A stretch of DNA of 64,000 bases from Octopus vulgaris. Lineage: Eukaryota. The position numbers were made by a program, and so were the translations under genes. Position 1 is the first letter of the stretch, and every line of letters begins with the position of its first letter. The stretch lies in contig OX597829.1 of NCBI GenBank assembly GCA_951406725.2, positions 29,884,001-29,948,000 on the forward strand, written 5' to 3'. Shown here piece after piece: positions 49,048 through 62,931 of the stretch. Below the pieces are notes generated by a model. The model searched no databases. It saw nothing but the letters and a program-made list of their open reading frames with translations, and was not told where the DNA came from.

Positions 49048-52000
49048 GTGAGAAGAAAGTATTACATATCTATGTGTTATGTGTGTGAGTGTGTGTATGT
49101 GTGTGTGTGTATGCGTGCTCGCGCGTGGTTTTGTTAATTAGTTTTAATTAAAAGAAAAATAGTATTAATGTCACACAATTCGTTGACAAATTATTGTCAG
49201 TCGTTTGAAAGCATCTGTTCTAAATTTCAAATTATTTGAGCAAATTCTTCTCAGCTGTGAAGATGGATTGTCAATCATATATATGTAAACACACACACAC
49301 ATATACATATACATTATATATATATTATATATATTATATTATATATATTATATATATATATATATATTTGTATATGTATGTATATGTAAACAGGAATCAG
49401 TTCATGTTGATTATGATGTCATTTGACAAAAACAAAAACAAATGCTGATATCAACTTGATAGACAAGCAAACTGTTGGTCCATTTTGTTTGTATCGTGTC
49501 GATTATTTATTATTTCTTTTTGTTTGTAGTTGAGAATTTTGTTTGCTTTTTATTCTTCGTTTTTTGTCGCCGTCATTCTTTTATTTCCAAAGATTTATTT
49601 TAGTTCTTATCGATTTATGTTCGCTTGCCCCCCCCCCTGTTTATTTTCATTACTTATGTATTTCATTTTCTACCAAATTTTGAAAATTTCCACTCCTTAA
49701 GGCATATATTTCGTTAATTCGTTTATTTCCTAACGTATTTATGAAAGCATCTTCGAAAATAATTACATCTTTTACTGGTTCCAGCAACTGCCTGGAATTG
49801 CAAGCTATTTGAGATGATTATTTCACCGAATGCAAACCACAATGGTGCTTTATGTTATATAAACGGTTTCATCATAAATAAACCTGTCGTGGACATGAAT
49901 TTTTTTCAAATGGAGTTGAGTGGAGAAAAATTATAGTTGAAAGTATTTTCACTTATGGCATTCCATCACTTTTTCTCCTTCCCCCTTGAGATAAAATCTG
50001 CATTTAATCATTTAAGACTAGGGATTTAATGCTTGAGATAACTAAAGCAAGGCAAAACGGAGATTAGTGTGATGTGTATACCAATTATTATGGTTAACTG
50101 AACATAATATAGGAAGAGAGAGAACTAAAACAACGATTCTTGAGTTAGTTGTAGATTTCAATTTGTTAATTAATGGTATTTTTTTTTTAAATTACAATGT
50201 TGACATTATTACTAAACTATGTTGGAAGAAATCTCAATTACTAGAAATGTGGATGTAAATGGTTTAGGTGAGTTGTGACACCTAATATCAGAGAATAGTG
50301 TCTGATGTCCTCTCCAGGTACTAAAAGTATTGGATCACAGAAGTCCTTCAAACTTTATGGGGAAGAGAAGTGTTATTGGCATAACATCCATGTATGTACG
50401 CATGAAACAAGCCTTTAAAAAAAAGTATATAGTATTGTTTACAGAACTTCGAAACCTGTAATTTTATAATTATAGCATAAAACAAGTTTGTATGTGCATG
50501 TATGTAATATGCACACATACATACATTCACAAATTAAATATTTTTATATAAACACACATACATACACCATTGACAGTCGACGTTGGCTTGTTTACATCCA
50601 CATAACTTAGCTGTTCAGCAAAAGAGACCTATGCAATAAGTACCAGACTTAGAAATAACTAGAGGTCGTTTTATTTGACTAAGCCCTTCAAGGCGGAGCC
50701 CCAACATGGTCACAGTACAGTGACAGAACCGAGTAAAAGATAAAAGAAAAAAAATATATATATATACATTTTCTACAATATATATAGTACATACAATATA
50801 TATACCTTATGTATATAATATATATATACATACATACACACTCACCCATACATAGGCTAACATAAACCTATTTTCTATACTATACCCCTCACACACATAA
50901 TATATGTGTATTCGTGTGTGTGGAGGAGAGTGTTCAGATATATTTGTATGATAGTATTACTTTAAATTAAAAATGCTTATGATTTGTAGTTCTATATATG
51001 AAAAACATTTGGTTTTCATTTCTATATTATTAATTAGAACTATACTTCAAATTTCACGAGTTTCGAGCATCCTATATTCTATTAATTAACACGCAGTAGT
51101 ACAAAAACGACCAAACAGATCCCCACCCCCGCTCCATCAGCTATATCAATTTATTGGATAACACTGTTCTCTCTGCTCCACACATAGACAGACATATATA
51201 TCGATTATTTAATTGTAAACAGTACTACCTGTTCATTATCTCCCTTTTATTTGTATAGAAGTTGGCAGGACAGGTTTCCTCCAGCTATGAGTTTTGATTT
51301 TGATATTAGTGTGCGTTGTTGTTGTTGTTGCCTGGACAGAATTAGTATCAAATTTATTGTTAGCTTTTCTTCCAGTAACCACTTTCCTACCTATTTGTTG
51401 TTCAGTTACTCATTACCCTTTTTATTTTAATTTATTTTCTTCCTTCTCCACAACCATATTTTATTTCTAATATATTAAACTTTTAATTAATATGCTTAAT
51501 TTGAAACTTCACACATCAATAATTATTTCTTTGCTTTTTTTTTTTCACCTCTTTAAATTTAAAATTGCTAATTATCTTTTAAAATTATTTCTGGTATTCT
51601 TTTTTTTGCAATACTGTTGCTTGTCTATCAGACTAAGATATTTCCTTTGGAGGTTTGAATTTTAAGATTTAATTAATCTAAACCGTTTAACAAGAATTTT
51701 TTCCCTATTTTTAATACTAATATTATAATTATTATTACTATTATTGGGTGAATTTTGGAAAATAAATTGATAGGTTAAATTCTCTTTTATTTTATAATAA
51801 ATTTAGGTATTGTAAATTATATTTATCTACATTTGTATATTGACAGTACTATAAATAAAATAAATCTTCATAATTTTTTAATGATTCATTCTTTGTGTAT
51901 ATAAAATATACATGTGTTAATATATATTTTAACAGTGTATAATTTAGGTATGTAGACATCTAGTGATGCTTCATTAAAGCCAACAACTTTGTTTCTGTAT

Positions 52001-52171
52001 TTCAAAAGAGAAATACTTGAACACAGAATACTAATTAAATTATGTTAGAATAAAGATCGCATTAGAGTGTTGGCATGCTGGTTTGTCCGAAGATGATTTA
52101 GAATGGCTATATAAATTAAGTCATTAGCGATGGCATGTATTATTGCTTCTCTTACTTGCTTATTTTTACAG

Positions 52172-52213
52172 ACCATGTGAAATCACCATGGAAAACAAAG
52201 AATTAGAAGAAAG
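52172..52213 (+). CDS. Candidate 42-nt exon of an unidentified host gene (PCEIT-MENKELEE)
   Basis: Pyrimidine tract and acceptor tatttttacag|, internal caccATGG at 52188, donor AAG|GTAATT. Lies in unique non-repeat sequence. Confidence 0.58.
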
Positions 52214-54671
52214 GTAATTACATGATATTTTCTTAGAATTAATTTTCACTATCAATCTAATCACTGATATCATGAAATAGAAAACAAAACCTCAAACTTA
52301 ACTCTTTATTTTTTTTTATTGTGCAACTCATTGTGTAGCTAATAACTAGAAGTTGAGGTGTAACTGTGTGGTTAAGATTTTCACTTCGCAACCACATGGT
52401 TTGATTTCACTGCATGGCATCTTCTACAGTTGATGAATGTCATGTCAGTGGAAACCAGATGAGAGGAAACTACTGAAGCCTTTTGCTTGTGTGTATGTGT
52501 GAGTACCATGATTGTGTGTTTCAAGTAAAGGCGTTTTCCACTCATCTTGTAAAGTGCAGAGCTCCCTGATGATTTTGTTGATTGGGAAATGACAACAGAG
52601 TATGTTGTGCAGCTCAGCAATTTTTCATTATCTCTCTCTCTCTCACATACACATCTTAGTTTCCTAACCCTCAATTCTGTACCCCACTCAGGCTCTCTTG
52701 TCTTGCAGGTGCTGGTGCTATGTAAAAGGCACCTCTGAAGTGGTTGGCATTAGGAAAGGCATTCAACTTTAGAAACTATGTTAAAGCCGACATAGAATCT
52801 GGTGTAGACCTTTGGCTCATATCTTCATGTTGAACTGTCCAACCTATCCCAGCATGGAAAAAGGGATGTTAAATGATTATATAAGATGAATTTTGTACAG
52901 TTTTTGCTTACCAGATTCATTTGCAAGACATTGGTCAGCCTGGTGCTATAGTTGAAGACACTTGCTCAAGGTACTGCACAGTGTGATTGAACCACGAACC
53001 ACATGGTTGCAAAGTGAACTTCTTAACCACACAGCTATGTCTGTATTTAAGTATACAGTTTGTGTGTGTTTTTTTACACTGGTGTAAAAGCTCTTGTTTA
53101 TGTTGTGTTCCTTTACGTCCCATAACTTAGTCCAGTAAGTACTGGGAAGGGGTGGGTGTACGATATAATTGGCTAGACCCTTGGTGGAAGTGCCCTGGCA
53201 TGGTCACAAACTAATGACTGTAACTAGTAAAAGAGTATGATATTTGTGTCCTTAAAGCAATTCATATTTGCTCTGACTACTTGTATTACTAAGATTTGAA
53301 TTTTTAATTTTGTTCCTGTAAAATTTACTATTGAAGTAAATGAGTTCCCATCTGCCTACACATGTATGTCATCATCATTTAATGTCTGTTTTCCATGCTG
53401 GCATGGGTTGTATGGTTTGACAGGAGTTGGCAAGACAGAGGACTGTGCCAAGCTCCAATGTTTGCTTTGGCATGGTTTCTTTGACTGAATGCCCTTCCTA
53501 ATGCCAACTGCTTTACAGAGTGGACTGGGTACTTTTTATATTGCATCAGAATCAATAAGGTCTCCAAGTAATTTGCCAGACAAAGATTCAACTGGGAGTG
53601 GGGAGTAATATTGAGTAAGGTAGCTGAGTGCTAGGTTATGAGAGATGAAACTATGATAGAGAGATAGATAGGTGTCTTGCTACCCTATTTTGAGGAGGGG
53701 GACATGATGATGGTAAAATTATGCCAGAGTGTACTTGTGTCTGTGTAATATATAAATAACATCCCCAAATTGTTTTCATACTGATTGTGTTGCTAATCTT
53801 GGCCATTAATTCAAGTTAGCTTCTGTGATTTTCTTGACCTTGTACAGCAATCATTCATCCTTAGCTTCCTTATTACCCAGAATATAGTATGAAAATAACT
53901 TGTCTGGCATGTTTTTTTCATTTGACAATGCCAAGATAGCGTTATATTTTCCTTTTTTCACATTAGGTATCTGTGTAGTTCTTCACACTGATAGTTTATA
54001 CACATATGTTATTTTGCACCATACTCAAAAACATCCGTTTGTATTTTGATTATAATGTAATTCAACGTCTCCCACTTCTCTCTCTCTCATTCACTGAAAC
54101 ACAGAACCTCTTTGTCCTAGGTAAACAATGTCATCTTCCGTCTTCATAATCAGCACGCATTTACAAGCATCATACTCACTTTATAGTTTATATCCTATTA
54201 GGACACTAAGTTCACATAACTTAAACTGTACTTCAAAGGTTGAGGCTTCTTGCTTCACAATCAGGAGTTACTTGAACACTAAGCAGTAGCAGATTGCAAA
54301 TCCTTCAAGAGACTACTGCTTACACAAGACATTGCACCCATCTTACATAAACATGTAAAATTTGTTAGGTTTTCCAACCAAAATATTGGATTAACACATA
54401 TCTATATGAAATCTTTCTTAGTAAGGGAATAAAATTTGACAGACTGAAAGGTCCGAAGTTTATCCCCACTCTCCATGACATTGCTGTGTTGAAGGCCAAG
54501 ATTCTTAAATCACCCAGTTTATATAGCCACAACATGAGTCCCTCATGAATGAGTGGTAGCACTTGGAATTGACAAACATTTCATTAACATACAGTGTTTA
54601 GTAACAATGTATTGTGTCTTGGAGAAGAATGGCTTCTACATAGTTAGAATAAGCATACTGTATATATATAT

Positions 54672-54713
<42 letters not shown>

Positions 54714-55838
54714 TCTTTGCACACACACAATCTGCTATATAATGTAATATATGACTCAGGGTTAATGAGAGATGTAATTTAGTAAATTCCTTTGGTTTAT
54801 ATATTATGGTTTGACTTTCTCAAGGATTGTTAGTTAATCATTAGTCTTTTACTGGGCTACATATTCTATCTTCCTAATGATTCACTTACTATGTCTTTGG
54901 TTGGAAAGATGTTGATTATATCTCTTGATCAATCCAAATAGAAAAGACAAATAAAAACCTGTGTGGTTCACAGGTCTTTCTATTTCATTTGACTTTCCTG
55001 ATTGTTATAATGAAGCAAGAAACGTATTTAAAAACATCTCCTTCAATAGGTTGCTTGGTTTTAGAGGAGATATGGGTTTGAATTCTGCAAGCAAGTAAGG
55101 CAGCTACAATTAACAAGTTTTGATAGGGAATTTAGTGTCTGCACAACAATATTGGAATGTATTTATATACTGGTAGTGTAAATAAATTTACATTACTTTA
55201 AAAGTTGATGTGTTCTAGTTTTTGATTTGAACTCTGTGTAGCTGCTAAATGACTTGAGAGAAATTTCTATTCAGTTTTATAGAAATAGAAATATCATGAA
55301 ACATTCACCATCCACCATTCATAAAATATAAATTGGTGAATAAGTAGAAGAGTGTGATAAGCGATAGAAGCAATTGTGAGATCGTTGAACTACCTTTTAT
55401 CAGCACTTCCATTGGTTAACCACAATCTGCCCGTCTGTTAACTCTTTAAATATTGTTCAGAGCTTGAATACTTTCAATCAATAATAGATCTGCAAGATTA
55501 GGCCTAAATACTAAATAAATAAGGCTACCACTATTTTAAAAAATAGAAAGACAAAATGAAATAAATACCAAAAGGTGTTTTGTCCTGAACACTGATGTTT
55601 CTGCCGTGACCTATTTAAAAAATTTTTATTTTTTTATTTCTATACAAGAAAGAGAGACTAACATGTCCAGCTAGTGTGCTTATATTCAAAGGATAAAAGA
55701 AAAATATTACCTTTCTTGGAAACAGGAGAGGGTTGGTTACAGGAAGAGCGTCAGGCTGTAGAAAATCTGCTTTAGTGAACTTCGTGTGCCATGCAAGCAT
55801 CGAAAACCAGATATTAAAAATATATGTGTGTGTATGTA

Positions 55839-55882
<44 letters not shown>

Positions 55883-58221
55883 TGTAAACCATGTGTCCTG
55901 TTGTTCTGTACATTTGAAGACCAGTGGAATTTTATAAAAAAGACCTTTATTTGAAAAACAGTTGGTAGTTATTAGTGACAGGCAGGATACTCCTCCAAAG
56001 TTTTTTTTTTTTTTCTTTTCAAGACTAACATTTTGATGCTCTTCTTATAACCAGTCATTTTGCAGTGTTGCATTCTGTAATACCACCAACTCTAGAAAGG
56101 TTGTCTACAGTGAACTAAAAAGTCCATTCTACCTTGTCTCTGTTATATATTACAGACTGTCTCTAAGATTGCCTGTATATAGCTTGTGGACTCTATTTCA
56201 TTCATTCTTTCATTTTTGTTTTCGTAAATAGACTCACATACATGTGCATGTACACTCACACACACACCCACAATTTAGGTGGGAAGCTGCATAAGTGGTT
56301 CAGGAGCATTGAACTCATGGCCCTTGAGTTATTGATGTAGCTGTGCTGCTAAATGGTGAAACTATATGTATATGCTTTACTCACTTGAGTTTTATTGCTG
56401 TTTTTACTTTTAAACAGGCTGGCTTTGCTTTTTATCCTTTGAAAGTTAGTAAAATGTTTTAAATATTGAGATCAATATAGTCCCCTATACCCTTGAAGGT
56501 AGTTGCTCCATCATGGTCATAGTTATTAACTGAAACCAGTAAAAGGTTTAAAAAAAAAGCATGTGTATAAATATATGTACATTTCAAAATGCATTCCAGC
56601 AGGAAATTTAGAGCAGCAACAGAACAAATTATCAGCTTTAAATAGAGATATAAAATTTACATCTATATATTGAATTCATTTTCTCTAGTTTATATATCCA
56701 AATGTATATCAACATCATCATCATCATTTAACACCCATATTCCAGCTTGACTTTGAATTCTGAGAGGTAGCTTTATGCTGGGAGATGAACAGTTAAAGTA
56801 TGAGAGGAATGGCTAGAGCAGAACAGATTTCTTGCTGTTAGAGGAGCCAAATGGCTACTCAAATTCTACAAGATATGGTGTTGGTGGAGTGAGGAAGAGA
56901 GAACAGGTACTGAGGTGAATGTGTGGAGTCCTCAAGGAATGAGGTGAGTAAAAAGTGAGTGGAGACAGAACTGGGAGTGTGTATTGGAGAGTGAGAGATG
57001 TATAAATAGATGAAGTATTGAATGTATAAATAGGGAAAAGTGACAACTGTAGAGACTGGATTGGGTTGAGAATGGATGTAGTAAATGGGGATAAGAGTAT
57101 CAGAATAATAATGATGATACAGTAGACAAGGGAAAGAAGAGAGAGAAAAAAATGATGTATGGATGCATAGGCTGCAAAAATATATTACTTCTATGAAAAG
57201 TACCCCACGAGTTGTTTTAAATTTGAGGAAAAAGGTAAAACAATGCTTTAAGGAAAATGAAGAACAAAAATACTTACTGCAATGAATTGTGTTAAAATTG
57301 GTGCACTTACCAAAATGCAGAACTGTCACTTTATGTATGTCTTTTAAAGACTCAGGTTATTTTATCTCTGGAACAGTGATTTCTTCTGTGATGAAGTGCT
57401 TGAGATATTTGTTCTTGGTCTGTTGTCTAAATGCATTCTCTAACATGTCAATCATCAATATTTCATCTTGGCTTTATGAATTCAGTCTCTCTTATTTTTT
57501 AAAATATTCTGTCATTGGTCTTGGATTTCTGAAATTTCGATTAATCTTGTTTGTTGTTTTCTTTTACCTATCTGATATCTCGTTCATTAGTTTGCAACAA
57601 AAAAACAAAATTTGAAATGCTACAGTTCTAATCAGTGTGTGTATTCTACTACTTTAAGTACAGTATATACACATAGTTTTTCTGTTCCTCCTTGCAGAAT
57701 CCAATTATTACTTTCACCCAGTTTTTCTTTTTTTGATTGTTTTTCATGCATTGATGAATATTTATTGCCATTATTAATATAATTTTTAGAATATTCTTGC
57801 ACCATATGTTTGGTAGATAGTTCTAATTTCTTAAGTTTAGTAATGGTAAGGCCTAATGCCTTGATGTAGCAACTTTTTGAAGACTAAGTCAGTTTAACGT
57901 AGTCTTCCTTTCTCCAGCAACTCCTGTTCTGAGTTATATAGGTGATGGACTGGGCCATTTAAGACTTAAGTATCTTTAAACTGCTGACCTCAACTTTTAT
58001 TGATTTAATCATCTGCTATCTTCTAATTTTGCTCTATTTATTTCATTGTCTTTTATTCTTTGTATTTTTGGCAAATGACAATGGTGTTTATCTGTCAGTG
58101 AATTATGTATGTTTATGATTATTCAGTCCTTCAGTTAAGCCTACTTACAGTAATGCTTTCTTTGTTCCTACCACATTCTTTCATTAATAACAACTATATT
58201 GCTTTACAAGTAACATACTAG

Positions 58222-58415
58222 AGACAAGATGGCCGAGTGGATATGGTTTGAGCCTAGTGTTTTACGTAAATAATATGCTGGGTTCAAACCTACCATCAGC
58301 ACTGCAACATGTTTATGGCAAAAGTCCTTAAGTCTTAAATACCTCAGTCAACTACTAATATACTCCAGAATAGGAATTGCTGAAGTGGAATGAACTATGT
58401 TAAGCTAATTTTATC
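58222..58415 (+). mobile_element. Old tRNA-derived SINE-like element
   Basis: A-box TGGCCGAGTGG and B-box GGTTCAAACC. Its 3' part (58328-58410) has an inverted homologue at ~57880-57970. Confidence 0.5.
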
Positions 58416-59639
58416 ATCATCATTTTCCCTCTGTTTGTATGATCAGATAGAATTTGTTGGGGCAGATTTTCTACTGCCAGATATTCTCTCTCTCTCTCTC
58501 TCTCTCACCAGTTCTTGTCTATTTCCATTTAAAGTAATATGAGCTGACATGTTTTCTCAGAAGATTGGAAACGAAGGATACCACTTGCATGACAATGACA
58601 TTTTTTTACAAGTATTACATGAATCCAAGGCAAGGAGACAGTAACACACATACATGCATGAGGTGCTTCTTTCAGTTTCTATCTACCAAATCCTGGTCAG
58701 ACCAGCGCTATAGTAGATGTTGAAGACCCTTGCTCAAGGTGTCATGCAGTGGGATTGACCCTCAGACCATGTAGTTGGGAAGTAAACTTCTCATCACACA
58801 ACCATGACTGTCCCTTTAGTCTTCAAAAATATACTTCAGAGTAATTTCATCAAAGAAAAGTGGACCTCAACAAGATTTATATGTAAAACCTACAGGGCAA
58901 GAAAACAAGGTTCTGCACAGTCTAGTGTGGTCCTCTATTATTTGAACCACTTTGCCTTGTGTTTTTTTTTTCACCCAGTTGTTGACATTTACCTTTTAGT
59001 GGTAGTGGTGGGGGTTCTTCTGTCTGTGGAAGAGACTTTTATCACTGGAACCATCATGAACCTGAGACATGAACTAAGATTTATTTCAATCAATGAACCT
59101 GAGACATGAACTAAGATTTATTTCAATCAATGAACCACATAGGAAAGATGTTTCCATTATTTGTTTCTTTAGGATGGTGGAGTTTCAGAATTGCTAGTAT
59201 CAGACAAAAACACCTTGCAGTTTTTATTTTTTTATACTCTGATCCTCACCCTGTTGAGGTTGTCTTCACTTTTCATCCATCCAGAAGCCAGTTAAATGAA
59301 GTGCTCATTGAGTACTAGGGTTGAATGAATCAATTAATTTATAATACTTTATCTCATATTCCTCCCTCTCAGTCAAAGGGACTCTTCAGTCTTGTAAGTA
59401 ACAAGGTGACCTCAGTAGTGTAGGAAAGACATCCAGTGGTAGAAATGACGGAACTGTAACACTGGAGCAAGACATAGCCCTCTGAAGTGTTGGATTTTAT
59501 CAAAACGTCCCATCTAGCACAGAAGGTACACATTGTGTGTGTGTCTGCTTGCCTTATTAGATAGCTGTTGACTCTCTTGAATGTATGGTTTTACATCTGC
59601 AAGGTGTCCAAAACTCTCCTTCCACTCTACCAGTCAGGA

Positions 59640-61020
59640 CCACTGATGAGGGTCAGTCAGGCGGTACTGGCAACAGCCACGCTCAAATGGTGTTTTTTAT
59701 GTGCCACCTGCACAGGAGCCAATCCAGCAGCACTGGCAAGGACCTCGCTCGAATGGTTTTTCATGTGCCAGTAAGGCTCAAATGATGCTTTTTACATGCC
59801 ACCGGCATGGAAGCCAGTTAGCTGCTCTGGCAATGATCATGCTCGGATGGTGCTCTTAGCACTCGACTAGCACGGATGCCAGTCATCGAATTTGATTTCG
59901 ATTTCACTTGCCTCAACAGGTCTTCGCAAGCAGAGTTAGTGTCCAATGAAGGAAAGGTATGCATAAGTGGGCTGGTTACACCCCTGGCATAGGCCACGAG
60001 GTTGTGGTCTCACTTGGCTTGCTGGGTCTTCTCAAGCACAGCATATTTCCAAAGGTCTTGGTCACTAGTCATTGCCTTGGTGAGGCCTAATGTTCAAAGG
60101 TCATGCTTCACCACCTCATCCCAGGTCTTCCTGGGTCTACCTCTTCCACAGGTTCCCTCAACCGCTAGGGTGTGGCACTTTTTCACACAGCTAACCTCAT
60201 CCATTCTCGCCACATGACCATACCAGCACAGTCATCTCTTGCACGCTTCATCTGATGCTTCTTAGGTCCAACTTTTCTCTGCAGTCACGGCCCATGTTTC
60301 ACTGCCATGTAGCATAGCTGTTTGTACACATGCGTCATACAGTCTACCTTTTACCCTGAGCAAGAGGCCCTTTGTCCCCAGCAGAGGTAAGAGCTCTCTG
60401 AACTTTGCCCAGGCTATTCTTATTCTAGCAGCTACAGTTTCAGTGCACCCTCCCCTGCTACTGACTTGGTCACCTAGGTAACGGAAGCTATCAAATACTT
60501 CTAGTTTTTCTTCCTGGAATGTGGCGGAAGTTGTTCTCTGCACATTTTCAGTGTTTATTGCTCCTGAGCATCTGCCACATACAAAAACTATCTTCCCAGT
60601 TAGCTTCCCTTTGATAATGCTGCACCTCTTATGTGTCCAAAGCTTACATTGGGTTCATTTTATAGAGTTTCTACCTATGGCTTTTCTACAGATCGAGCAG
60701 GGCCATCTACTTGAAGGGATTTGTGGTTTGTCTGCCTTCCATTAGGACTTTGGTTTGGCTAGGTTGACTCTAAGGCCCTTCAATTCTAATCCTTGTTTCC
60801 ACACCTGAAACTTCTCCTAGTTCCGATAGTAACTCAGCAATTAGAGCAAGGTCGTCAGCATAGAGGAGCTCCCAGGGGCATCTTGTCTTGAATTCCTGTT
60901 ATTGCCTGGAGGATTATGATAAATAGGAGGGGGCTGAGGACTGAACCTTGGTGGATTCCTACCTCTACTCAGAATTCTTCACTGTACTCGTTGCTAACCC
61001 TCACCTTACTGACAGCGTCC
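59640..61020 (-). mobile_element. 5'-truncated decayed RTE-clade LINE
   Basis: Minus-strand GIHQGSVLSPLLF, PWELLYADDLAL, FRYLGD, ARIRIAWAKF, MLHGSETW, WYGHV and RGRPRKTWDEVV, followed by the 3' UTR. Confidence 0.9.
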
Positions 61021-62597
61021 CTATGACCATCAATTTCAGGAATGTGAGAATAGGCCCTCCACAAGTCACTGAAAATTGTGGTTCCTGGAAGAACCTACTG
61101 ATATACGCATTCTTCTGGCATGGTGCAATTCCGACATGGCACCACATAAAGAAAAACCTGTCCTTTAGTGACACACTCTGAAAACCTGTTACTTGAGTAG
61201 CAAGCACCCTTCTTCAGTTGTAATTACATCTTGGGAAGTCTGTTTTGTTTATCTCATTTTTCTCACGACTACCAGTCTGAACTGGGTTTTGAAAGGTCCT
61301 CTGTACATATTTCATGAACATAGATGTTGTAATTAACAGCTGTACAGTGGCCCATCCACATTTCTTAAATGCAAAACCAGACTCAAGTTAATTTCTTGAC
61401 CCAACCTTGCTTCCTTTTTGGGAACAGGTTACAGCTTGGCTTGTTGCTATGGAAACTAGTATCAATGTGTCTGTGGCTTTCAACTGGCTAAAATGAATTT
61501 CATTTTCATAATTAGCATACAAAATTACATCAGTACACCAAATTTGAAAACAATTTGAACAAAATTATAGAAAAACAGGAAATTGTGACAGCAACAGAAA
61601 AGATCCCCATTATGTCCTGTAACTTAGTGGTCTGACAACTAGAGGTCAATAAAATAAGTATGAAACTGAAATGAATACTGTAGTCAATCATATGAATCAC
61701 AGTTTGAAGTTTGTCTTTTTTTTTTTTGTTGTATCAACAATGATACAACAATTATATAATATATCAGTGTTTGTACAATAGGTGATGTGCAGTAATTAAG
61801 ATTTCAATGATAATGCTTTGGGAATGATTATCGAATCTAAATTCTGATTCGTGCTCATGAAAATCCCATTAGAATTTTAATTTCTAACAGAAAAGTAATC
61901 GTACAACAGTTATTTCAGCGATGGACTGAGGGAATGTTTATATTAAATGACTGTTGTAAAAGATGTTGTTTCTTATTTTTGAAAATGTGTTTACTAAACT
62001 GATTGTAATTGGCATATATTTCACCCTGATTCATTGGTATGACTATGATTAAGAAGTTTTCTTCTCAGTCACATTGTTTCGGGCTCAGTCCCACTGTGTG
62101 GCACCTTGGGCAGGTGTCTTCCACTATATCCTCTGGCTGATCAAAGCCTTGTGAATGGATTTGATAGAAGGAAGCCTGTTATGTGTGAATGTGTTTGTGT
62201 CTCCTTGTCTTGACAATGCTTGATTGTTGTAAATGAATGTCATTCGTTTCCAGTATTCTGTGAAAACATGTCACCAAAATTTTTAATAAACCATTCAATC
62301 ATGGAAAAGAGGGTATTAAAATGATTGGTGATGTTTAACCCATTAGCATTTAAACCAACTATTTCTGGCCCAAATATTCTTCCTGTTTTCTGTTCAAACT
62401 GGCCAGATCTAGTCTTTCATTTCTACCCTACAATGTCATTCTAAAATTAAACAGTCACATCATCAAAATCTTGGATCTACAAGATAATGCAGGATTAATT
62501 CAAAATGATGTGAATAAGCAGTACATTTGATTGACTAGTGTGAATACTAGAAGCTTAAATATTGTCATGCCAGAAATTCTGTTGATCTGTTGTATAA

Positions 62598-62931
62598 GGC
62601 GGCGAGCTGGCAGATATGTTAGCGCACTGGGCGATGGTTGACTTTGCCTTTCATCCTTTCAGGGTCAGTTAAATAAGTACCAGTTATGCACTGGGGTCGA
62701 TATAATCAACTTAATCTGTTTGTCCTCTCTGTGTTTAGCCCCTTGTGGGTAGTAAAGAAATAGGTATTTCGTCTGCCGTTATGTTCTAAGTTCAAATTCT
62801 GCCGAGGTTGACTTTGCCTTTCATCCTTTCGGGGTCAATAAATTAAGTACCAGTTACACACTGGGGTCAATCTAATCGACTTAAACTCTTTGTCTGTCCT
62901 TATTTAGCCTCTTGTTGGCAATAAAGAAATA
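62598..62931 (+). mobile_element. SINE (family D) with an internal partial duplication
   Basis: Flanking direct repeat AGAAATTCTGTTGATCTG at ~62572-62589 and ~62932-62949. The body ggttgactttgcctttcatcctttc occurs twice. Confidence 0.8.

Noticed and set aside
58222-58300. Functional tRNA gene
   Set aside because: A and B boxes are present, but I could not fold a convincing cloverleaf and it continues into repeat sequence. It is a SINE head.
59057-59135. Exact 37-bp tandem duplication
   Set aside because: Real but an ordinary slippage duplication with no functional signal.
61020-61470. Possible transposase or host exon fragment
   Set aside because: No recognisable motif in any frame.
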